DNA from: Stegostoma tigrinum
Taxonomy: Eukaryota
NCBI RefSeq assembly: GCF_030684315.1
Contig: NC_081374.1
Coordinates: forward strand, 12,016,837 to 12,080,836
Length of the DNA: 64,000 nucleotides
Reading direction: 5' to 3'
A program made the translations under genes and the position numbers. Within the stretch, counting starts at the first letter, position 1; each line of letters opens with the position of its first letter. The notes beneath the pieces were generated by a model that was given only the letters and a program-made list of their open reading frames with translations, had not been told where the DNA came from and ran no database searches. This document shows positions 48,246-58,319 of the stretch, one piece after another.

Positions 48246-49369
48246 AGCTGGTGGCTCGTCCTCTATCACTGATAACAGCACTGGTCTGTCATGGGCATCA
48301 AGTTTAAAGGCTTTTTTGCTGGTGCCCCTACCTCTGGGATAGAAAGTTCATCTTCAGCGATGTATCTAGATAAGTTGTTAAGAAATATTTTCCTTTTTAG
48401 AAAAGAGGATTTGGGCCTGTCAATTCGAGTTTGAGTTGGTTCCATCTAATTTGGATCAATTGTTTTATTTATTTAAATGATAGAAAGGAGCGTTGGTGGC
48501 TGCTCTGAGTGTACACAGCAGTTGTCTCCAGAAACAGCTTCCAGGCAGGTACCACCACCAGTGTAGGATCAAGGGACCGAAATGGCCCTTCCTCACGACT
48601 TTTTAAATTCCACAAGATCCTTCCAAGGTGAATGTACATTGCCCTGTCCTTCCAATGTGAAATTTTCTCCCAATTCGGTATTTTGCAAATGAAATCCTTC
48701 ATTTATTCTCTTGTCTGCGAGCAGAAATTTTGAATTTTATTTTGCACTGGCTGATGCTGAACTTCGCAGTAACTCTGGAGCTCTGAGATTGTTATATCTA
48801 GAAAAAATTGAAATAATTCCACTTACGGGGTCCCCAGACACTTGTGTGGATCAACCTCCAAATTGCTTAGAGGCATGAGCGACCTCAACAGCTTACTAAA
48901 GTACAACAAAAGTTTCTGATACCCTGCTCCACATAGAAGAAGTTGGTTTACTGCTTGCTTATTTTTAGCTAAAATAGGAAGGAATTTATATTTGTCGAGG
49001 AAAAGCAGAAATTACTGCATCATTTTGCAGAACTAAGAAGCTGAAAGGCCAACCTCAATTCTTGCATCTATGAGGCTATTTTTGAATCAAATTAAATATC
49101 TCCAATGGCTTTTGTGAAACACAAATGACAACCATATCAGTGTGTCACACTGATGTGCAAAATGTTGCACAGTTATATTGAATTGATATAGAACACGATT
49201 TGAACCTCAGCTGGAGCATTGTGTACTGTTCAGGGCCCTGTACCTTAGGAAGTATGTCAATGTATTTTAAAGAATGCAGAAGAGGTTTCTGAGAATTTTT
49301 CCAGGGATGAGATGCTTGAGAAATGGAGATAGTTTGGATAAGGAGGGCTTGGACGAGGGAAGAATAAAT

Positions 49370-50860
49370 GGAGGAGAAACAGAAAAAAGCTGGGGAAACT
49401 CAATGGGTCTGGCAACATCTGTGGAGAGAAGCAGAGTTAGCATTTTGGGTTCAGTGTCCTATCTTCAGAATTAATGGCTAAGAAAGGGTTAATATATATG
49501 AAGACAGGGGAGAAGAGTAAACAATCGATGCATATGGAACCCAGAGAGAGAAACAGCTGGGCAGACAAAGGAATGGATAAAGGCGAGTCAGGTAGAAAGA
49601 AAAGCTGCCAATAGGAGCTATTAATGGGTGAACATGGGGTGTCTGTATTGAGGGCAGACCATGTGCTGAGTGCTGAGGAGATGGGTAAAGGACATGGAAG
49701 AAGGTGCTCAGGGCCTAAAATTACTGAATTTGATATTTAATCCTAAAGGCTACAGGATTCCCAAGTGGAAAATGAGATGCTGCTCTCCCAATTTGCACTG
49801 ACCCTCACTGGAGCAGGCCTTAGGCAGACATGTTGACCATTGGTGTGTTGAAGTGTCAGGCAACCAGTAGCGCAGAGCCATTTTTGAATGTAGGTGTTCT
49901 GCAAAGTGATCACCCAGTCTGCACTCCATTTCACCAACGTTGAGGAAATGAGCAGGGAATACTGAAACTAGATTGAGTGGAGTGCAGCTAAATTTCTGCT
50001 TTACCTGGAAGGTGTGTCTGGGGCGTTGGATAATGAGGATGGAGGAAGTAAACAGGCAGGTGTTACACCTTCTGTGATTGCAGCGGTAAGTGAGTGCGTG
50101 GGAGTGGTAGGAATGGAAGAAGTGGACCAGAGTGTCGTGCAGAATGCTGACAAGTGAGGGGAGGGGAATATGTGTCTGGTGATGGCATTCCATAGGAGGT
50201 GGCAGAAATGATGACTCATGATCCTCTGGATGTTGGTGGGATGGTAGGTGAGGAAAATTGGGACACTATCGCTGCTGTGGGAGGGAAGATAGGGGCTGAG
50301 GGCTGAAATGCAGGAGATGGTTTGGATTCAGCTGAGGACCCTGTCACTACAATGATGGGGAATCCTGTGTTGAGGAAGAAAGTGAACATTTCCCTGTGTT
50401 GAGGAAGAAAGTGAACATTTCAGAGGCACCATTTGACAAAGTTGGCCTCCTCAGGATAGATATGAGAGAGATGGAGAAACTGAGAGAACAGGTTTGTGTC
50501 TTTACTGGAAGCAAGGTTTGAGGATGTATTGGCAGGTAACTGTGGGAGTCAGTGGGTTGATGGAGATATTGGTGGTCAACCTATTCCCAGAAATGGAAAC
50601 AAAGATGTCAAGGGAGGGAAGAGAGGAGCCTGAAGTGTACCAGGTAAGTTGAGAGCAGGCTGGAAATTAGGAGCAAAATTGGCCAAGTTTCCCAATTTTG
50701 AATGAGATAGTGAGAGTGCACTGATGATGTCATTGATGAACCAGGGAAAGAGTTGTGGCTGGAGTCCAGGGTAGGACTAGAACAAGGAATATTCTAGGTA
50801 TCCCACAAAGAGACTGGCACAACTGGGGCTTATACAGGGACCCAAGTCAACACCTTTGAT
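49370..50860 (-). mobile_element. Penelope-like element inserted in a decayed CR1 (flanks ~49190..49350 and ~50860..51130)
   Basis: YRCNHRRCNTC, TFQVKQKFSCT and VGEMECRLGDHFAEHL; includes a 29-bp tandem duplication at 50364..50421. Confidence 0.82.
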
Positions 50861-53800
50861 CTGAAGAGAAATTTGGTAGAGGTTTCTAAAATTGTCAAGG
50901 TGGAGTCAGGACAGAAAAGCCAAGGAGAAATTGTCAGTGCTCATAAATGGATTGAAAACCAGAGGGCCCACTTTTGAAAAGTTTCCAAAAGAAGCAATTG
51001 CCATGTAAGAAGGAAGTTTTTCACTCAGCTCGAAGATGGGGTGTGGAATGCACTGCCTAGTTGTGTGTTGGTGGAATGTTCAACTGAGACAGCCAGGGCA
51101 TGAGATGATTTTCTAATTGGAAACAATAGCGCTGAATCATCCCAGGGCCTGAATGTCCCAGGCTATGGCTAAAATTTTGGGAAATTTGGGTGAGATGTCC
51201 AATGAGGCCCTTCTCAACATCAAGACCAAAAAGCTGCATTTCCTAAATAAGTGTAGGATGGTGACAAGAGATTCCCAGTAGTGACTTGGTGAGAGATATA
51301 TTATCTCCTTATTATGACTTAATCTTGCTTCACAAAATATCGTCTCCAATTCTCCCACTTGCAGGATAGAAACTAGACCCTGAGAATTTCTCACATGACT
51401 GTCAGTGTGCTAATCTGATTGCCACTTACTCCTCCAGACCTCTGTCTCGGATATACAGTTGTCAGTATCTCAGGGCATTCTCCTCGGGCAGTGAGCAGCA
51501 AAGGATGTTGACATATCACACCTACCAACCTCTCTGCATCTTCATGGCACATCTCCAATCCACTTAAGGGCACTTCTGCACTTCAGTGCTGCCCTTTGGA
51601 GTGCACCAGTGTCTCTCATCACAAAGCTGCTGTGAGGACACTTTGTGCACAGGGAAAGGTACCCTGTGATTGGACAATGCTGCATCTCAAGGCTGATTGC
51701 TCACTCCCTCCTTCATCACTCTCTCACGTTGCTCCTACCTCAATGCGCACAGCATCCTTGCTTTGCGATGCCTTTTTGCACTTTGGTCCATCAGCTTTTA
51801 AGTCCTTTGGGCTCACTTCCGGCTTGCGTTGTACTTCGGTACAAACACGCAACTGGTTGTCAGCAGTCATTACCCAAGGGGGTTGGGGAGGGAATGTTGT
51901 TCTCTGGCACTGTGTTACATCAATGTTACCCCCGCAGCACGTGCCAGCCACATATGTACAAAGACACTGCACGTGTCACAAGTAAACTGCGACAACTTAC
52001 TACCGAATGAAAGCAGTCGTTAGTGAGGCCCAGGCTGCCATCCTTCACACTTTGAACAAATGGGTAAAATAATGCTCAGAGCGGTCCATCTGTAAGTAAA
52101 CAATTCCTGACAGTTCAACAGCTGGTAATTTCACTCTGGGTCATAAAGGCACAATCTATCGCATTTGCCATGTGCAGAATAGAAACGTTGACAGTGAAAA
52201 CTAAAATCTATCATCTTGGCTCAGTAGGTAGCAGTTTCACCTCTGAATCAAGAAGTTTATCAATTCAAGTTATCATCCAGAAATTGGACCCTTTGACATT
52301 CAATGGCTGGGACAAAGTCCTGGAACACCCTCCCCAACAAGAGTCTGGGTCTACTTACACCACATGGACTGCAGCATTTCAAGAAGGCAGCTCACCAATA
52401 CCTTCTCAAATACAACTAAGGATGAGCAATAAATGCTGACCCAGGCAGCACAGCACGTTTCCAATGAACTAATTAAAACAGGATGAAGCCCCGACTGAGA
52501 ATCTCAATGGAACATGAAAATGCCCCGTGATGCTTTTCAAAAAACTGGCAGGAGTTCTCCCTAAATCAACAGCTAAAAAACAGCAGGTGATCTGATCATT
52601 TAAATGTTGGGGAGAGATTACTGTTCACAAATGGTTGCAGTATTTCCCACGTTAGCTCATTGGCTGCAAAGCATTTGGGACTGGGAGGAAGTTTTTTTTA
52701 GCTATTAAAATCAAACAACAGCCCTCTAATTAGCTTTGAACTATATCACTGATCTAATTAGATATTTAATGGAAAACTGACGATTAAAACATCAATTTCT
52801 AAATTATTGTGCAGACTAAGTAGTCTGCAAATGAATTTGAACAAAAAAAAACAAATCTGAGTGGTTCGGCATCACAATGAAGCAATAAATTGGATCACAT
52901 TCTTCAACCATTAACTTTCATTCCTGACATGACACCAGAGTTCACAATAAAACCCCAGACCGTTGAGTCAAGGGGACGCTTTCCTAAAAATTGCAATGGA
53001 ACAATTATAACCTGTTCTTTCCTGAATGATGAACAAGCAAATGAGGACACCCACAATGTATATTTAGCTGTCTGTAACACATTCAAAGGAAGATAAAAAC
53101 ACAAAGGCACAACAGCCCTAGAAATAGGAAACAAAAACAAGAATTAGTCCAGTAGGTCTGGCAACATCTGTGGAGAGAAAGCAGAATTAATGTTTTGAGT
53201 CCAGTGACCCTTCTTCGAAACTGAAAGCAGCTGGGAAGATGTCATCTATATGCTGAAGATGGGAGAGATGGGTGGGGAAAGGAATGAGTCGATAGCTGGT
53301 GATGGTGCTCAGAGAGAGAGAGAGAGAAAGAGAAATGGCATTTAGGGAGACAGAGGAACGCATGGTAATATGCCAGGGAGAAAGAAAAGCTGAGAAATGG
53401 AAAGTGTAGAGTGGGGTTTGTTAAAGGGCATGGGAGAAGGTATTCAGGCTCTAAAATTATTCGAGTGGTGAATTTATCAGCCAAATGGCCTGTTTCTCAA
53501 CATTTGAGATTCTGTTATTCTATGATCTGTATGTCACTTGTGTAAATTTATGTAAATGAGGATCATCTGAATCTAATATCCATTGTTGAAACTATTGTTA
53601 CTGATTTTCAGTGGCAATCTGATGCTGTTTTATTCCATTTTTACTCAGTCAAATTTACCACATTTAAAAAAAGTTTAAGTGTTGGTACATTTATCTTCTA
53701 CACCAACGGTTGTGAGGTCACTTCTCCTTCAGAGACTTGGGCACGTTATCAATGCTGAGCCTCCAGTGCAGTACTGAGAGAGTGCCACAATGTGGTGGCA

Positions 53801-54154
53801 CTGCCTTCCCTCTGTGATCAATCCAGGCCCCAGCTGCCCCTCTCAGGGGAATCTGGCAGATCTCTTGGCGAAATTCATAGAAGAGCTGGGCCATTCTCCG
53901 TGGAGACCTGGGCAATGCCTTTCCTTTACCAATTCCAAATTACGTCTTCATGCATCTCATTGCCGTTTATTGAAGCACGCTGTGAGCAAATTGAATACCA
54001 TGCTTGCTATTGCGACATTTAATATAAGTATTACACTCCCTGCAGTACTTTTGGATGCCCTGAGGTCATAAAAGTCTTTCTTCATATGTTTCTTGCATCA
54101 AATGGCCAAGAATTGTGAACAAACACTGTCCCTTTTCTATTCTCTCTATCACAG

Positions 54155-54243
54155 TCTGATTTACATTGTACTCGGTGTGCTGGGGGCCATTCTGGTTGTT
54201 TTTGCTGTGTCTCTACTTTTGTACCTGAGGCAAATGGACAAGG
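54155..54243 (+). pseudogene. Duplicated TM exon with intact splice sites; gene fragment or alternative exon
   Basis: One difference in 89 nt from 41194..41282 (F>L); acceptor and G|GTGAGT donor retained; no ectodomain exons recognised in this copy. Confidence 0.85.
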
Positions 54244-54569
54244 GTGAGTTTTGATTTCCCTTCAATCTTTTCATTATATCTCAAAAACTTGCAGTTGGAT
54301 ATAAAGAGTGTATCAGGATTGGACATTCTGATGCCTAGACAGCTGACATTCCAGTTCAGTCAGGAGCTGTATGTGGAGACTCTGAAGATTCTCCATTGTA
54401 GCAGATACTGAAGGAATTCCCTGGAAAATTGAATGTTCATTTTTATTCATTCACAGGATGAAGGCATCGCTGTCTAGACAGCAATTATTGCCCATCCCTA
54501 ATTGCCCAGAGGGCAGTTAAGAGTCAACCACATTGCTGTGGGTCTGAAGTCACATGTCAGCCAGATCAG

Positions 54570-54688
54570 GTATCATCTACAGTGACCTCAATTTACCAAA
54601 CCAGCCACTAAAGGGGAATAAGAAAGCCCCACGACTCATTCCTGCTCAGGGATCTGAAACGGTAGTTTATGCTGATATTGGAATTTAG
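54570..54688 (+). pseudogene. Duplicated, 5'-truncated tail exon (IIYSDL..VVYADIGI*)
   Basis: 54573..54688 matches 42987..43102 with one difference (A>V). The segment equivalent to 41604..42986 (exon 6 and the exon 7 acceptor) is missing. Confidence 0.8.
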
Positions 54689-56345
54689 GAAAAACATGAT
54701 GAGATGTTTGTACTGCTCATTGTTTCTTCTTACTTTGCAATGCAGTTATTTTAAATTTCATCTATTGTCAGCTTCCCGCAAATTTAGTTTGTCCAGCTCC
54801 TTCAGATTTGCTCCGTACAATTCCATACTCCTTCCAGTTTGTTTTCCTCAGCAAATGGAATCAATTTACCTTCAGTTCCTGAGTCCAGGCCATTTGCATA
54901 AATTAGGAAGAGTAGAATACCAAGGTGTTTGGCAACACAATCAGTCCCCATTTCCCCTTTTCCCCTAACTCCACCTTCTGGATCACAGATTCCAGGTTCA
55001 AACCCCGCTCCTGGGACTAAGTTCAAAAATCAAGCTTCAGACCCAACATGGTTCTGTGGGATATTAATAATGGTGTGATACAGAACTTGTGCATTGCTAA
55101 AAAGAGGCAGAATGTCAAAGTTTTTCTTTCACTTCATTTGGACTGAGCCACAAAAAAAACAAACTTGAAAAGGGAATATCAATTTTTACAGCATAAGAAG
55201 AGTGTGCTAATTGTTTCGAGTGTGTTTGACATGGAGAGGCAACAGCAACTTTTAACCATCAATCTTAGCTGATTAAACTCAGACCTGGCAAGCATGCTCT
55301 GGCTAATTAAGGCTACATTGAAGACCAATTTGCATGATCCTCTCTCAGTTACAAATGTGAGATATCAGGATATATTCATTTTGCCCAGAAAGGGCCCAGT
55401 GTGGGAATGTGTGTGACTTCTTGCATGCACAAATTAATCACACTGCAAACCCAATGGATGATCTGAAATTGGTTCCCAGTGTGTTTCTTAGCACAAATGG
55501 AACTCTTCTGTAACAATGGTTCAGTAGCAGAATCATGTCTAATGTTGGATGTGGCAGTCTGGGAATATGGTATGGGCCAGTTAATGTGCCTGGCTCACTA
55601 CTGACCCGCAGTGTTTTCTGATATCGTCAGCCAAATGCTCAGATGTACAACCCATACACTTGGCATCACACCGAACTGGAAGGTAACATTCCACAATATT
55701 ACTGGATTATGAGAATTGTGAGATTGAACTGTTTGGGCATTATTGGACTGAAGAAGGATCTAACGTGATTTCTTGAAAAATGTCAAAAATCAAGCCAAAC
55801 TTTTTTTTACTGTGTACTGGAAAAGTTAATAATTTTGCGAAGTAGGCAAAAGCTTTTAAAAGAGGTAAAATATTGTACTTATGGCCTAAATGATTTAACA
55901 AACTTAAAGAGAAATCCTCAGGCCTATGCTGTTGTCCTGATTCATCCTATCCAAAAAACCTCTGCTCAGCTGTGGTATCTTATGCTCTCTGTGTGTGAAT
56001 TTGTGTTTGAGATTAGGAGGATGCAGTTTAGTTGCTCGCTGCTCTGCCAATTGATAAAAGAAAAGATTTGTTTTAATAAACAATTTATTTGTATGTCGAA
56101 GAAATTAAGGGGAAGTCTCTTTTGTTTATAATAACTATAATAAATAGGAACGCCTAAACCATTTTGGTGACTATATGAAATATTTAAACCTTCTGGTATT
56201 GTTTGTGGCACAGTGGGATTTTATTAACTGTACATTTTCCCATCAGAATTGTAACAAAAGTTGCTGAGGTAAGAGGCTCCACTGCCCGGCACATGGGTCA
56301 TGATGGGCATGTTCTAGTGATGGACTGGACTGGTTTATTCCAAAT

Positions 56346-56380
56346 CACAAGCTTTCAGAGCATTGCTCCTTCATCAGGTG
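56346..56380 (-). ncRNA. Minimal hammerhead ribozyme motif, second family; more decayed copy at 44717..44751
   Basis: - strand CAC-CTGATGA-A-GGAGC(AAT)GCTCT-GAAAG-CTT-GTG: stem I CAC/GTG, stem II and palindromic AGCT stem III. Confidence 0.62.
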
Positions 56381-56690
56381 AAGGCACCTGACAAAGGAGG
56401 AGTGTTCTGAAACCGAGAGGTACAGTATTCTCTGCCCAGAGGCAGTAGGGCTGGAGATGGGAAGTGAACTTTATTAGACAAGATGGTGGTGCCCCTAAGC
56501 CAGTGCCTTCCCCACCCTTGTTTGGATTTGGATCTCAGCAGGAAAGTCCAAGCTCCAACTCCAATTGTCCACTGCCCGTTGAGACCCCTAAGTGCTCATT
56601 CAAGCTTCACGAGCTCTTTCAGCTCCAGGCAGGGCAAGAAAGAACCAGCCTAACAGACTGGGGTTATCTCTTCTGTCATCTGCCACCTAC

Positions 56691-56693
<3 letters not shown>

Positions 56694-56734
<41 letters not shown>

Positions 56735-56766
56735 ACGTGTGTGTGCACATGTGAGTGTGTGTGTGC
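56694..56766. repeat. (TG)n microsatellite with an imperfect 3' part
   Basis: Direct reading. Confidence 0.95.
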
Positions 56767-57184
56767 ACTCCAATGAGATGTATCTTATAGAATAAGCAAA
56801 ATGTAATTTATTGCATTTCTGCAGCTGTTTAAAGGTTATAACAATGGGGTCCACATTTCTTTAAAGCCTGCTGGGAGATAACACAGCCTTAGTTCCTAAT
56901 TTACCTTCACACTGAGTCATTATAACATTATTTCAGCCAGTGATGCTAACGGCATTCAACTAAATATTAACCCTTTCATGCCCTTACATGCATGTGTCCA
57001 ACATCTCCTGCAAGTTATTTTTTGTGTATTATTGTTATATATTTGTTTGTAATTACATTTATCACTACCCAGCTCCCTCCAGAATGTTTGATTTCTCAAA
57101 TTCAGTTGCTTTTGAGGTTGTTATTTGCTATTCATAAGCATGAAGCAACTTCTGAAAAAGAAAGGAAGACAGCACCAGTCTATT

Positions 57185-57357
57185 CAAAGATAATGGGAAC
57201 TCCAAATGCTGGAGAATCCGAGATAACAAAGATACAAATAACAAAGATAACAAAGATAACATTTTCTGATGAAGGGTCTAGGCCCGAAACATCAGCTTTT
57301 GTGCTCCTGAGATGCTGCTTGGCCTACTGTGTTTATCCAGCTCCACACTTTGTTATC
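57185..57357 (+). mobile_element. Short non-autonomous Penelope-terminal derivative
   Basis: Two terminal pieces in opposite orientation around an AAGATAACA-like short repeat, with a hammerhead-like core. Confidence 0.7.
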
Positions 57358-57516
57358 GCCAGTCTAGGCAATCTCTCTTTGTAACTGAAACTCTCCAACC
57401 CAGGCATGCTGGTAAATCCCCTTTCCAGTACTGCCTCATTCCTCCAAAAATGTGGATTCCAGAACTGCACAAAATACTCCAGCTGTGGACATCATATCTC
57501 ATATATGTGTGGGTTC

Positions 57517-58229
57517 NNNNNNNNNNNNNNNNNNNNNNNNNNNNNNNNNNNNNNNNNNNNNNNNNNNNNNNNNNNNNNNNNNNNNNNNNNNNNNNNNNNN
57601 NNNNNNNNNNNNNNNNNNNNNNNNNNNNNNNNNNNNNNNNNNNNNNNNNNNNNNNNNNNNNNNNNNNNNNNNNNNNNNNNNNNNNNNNNNNNNNNNNNNN
57701 NNNNNNNNNNNNNNNNNNNNNNNNNNNNNNNNNNNNNNNNNNNNNNNNNNNNNNNNNNNNNNNNNNNNNNNNNNNNNNNNNNNNNNNNNNNNNNNNNNNN
57801 NNNNNNNNNNNNNNNNNNNNNNNNNNNNNNNNNNNNNNNNNNNNNNNNNNNNNNNNNNNNNNNNNNNNNNNNNNNNNNNNNNNNNNNNNNNNNNNNNNNN
57901 NNNNNNNNNNNNNNNNNNNNNNNNNNNNNNNNNNNNNNNNNNNNNNNNNNNNNNNNNNNNNNNNNNNNNNNNNNNNNNNNNNNNNNNNNNNNNNNNNNNN
58001 NNNNNNNNNNNNNNNNNNNNNNNNNNNNNNNNNNNNNNNNNNNNNNNNNNNNNNNNNNNNNNNNNNNNNNNNNNNNNNNNNNNNNNNNNNNNNNNNNNNN
58101 NNNNNNNNNNNNNNNNNNNNNNNNNNNNNNNNNNNNNNNNNNNNNNNNNNNNNNNNNNNNNNNNNNNNNNNNNNNNNNNNNNNNNNNNNNNNNNNNNNNN
58201 NNNNNNNNNNNNNNNNNNNNNNNNNNNNN
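57517..58229. other. Assembly gap, 713 N
   Basis: Run of N. Confidence 1.
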
Positions 58230-58319
58230 TGCGTGTGCGTGTGAGTGCGTGTGTGTGCGTATGAGTGTGCACATGTGCGTGTGCGTGTGAGTGCGTGTGT
58301 GTGCGTGTGTGTGTGTGTG
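58230..58319. repeat. Compound TG/CG microsatellite bordering the gap
   Basis: Direct reading. Confidence 0.93.

Larger units (their letters stand above)
40523..53461. repeat. Older tandem duplication, copy 1 (contains exons 5-7)
   Basis: 40523..49132 aligns with 53480..62014, and 52962..53461 aligns with 62174..62760. Confidence 0.88.

Noticed and set aside
51300-51600. Possible Myb/SANT partner ORF of a Harbinger element on the - strand
   Set aside because: Resemblance too weak to support without a profile search.
46611-53225. Additional hammerhead-like cores near 46620, 48155, 49445 and 53195
   Set aside because: Catalytic core or GAAA mutated; decayed Penelope termini.
41194-54243. Paired activating/inhibitory receptor arrangement
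   Set aside because: Neither TM copy has a charged residue and no ITAM is present; both modules look inhibitory.
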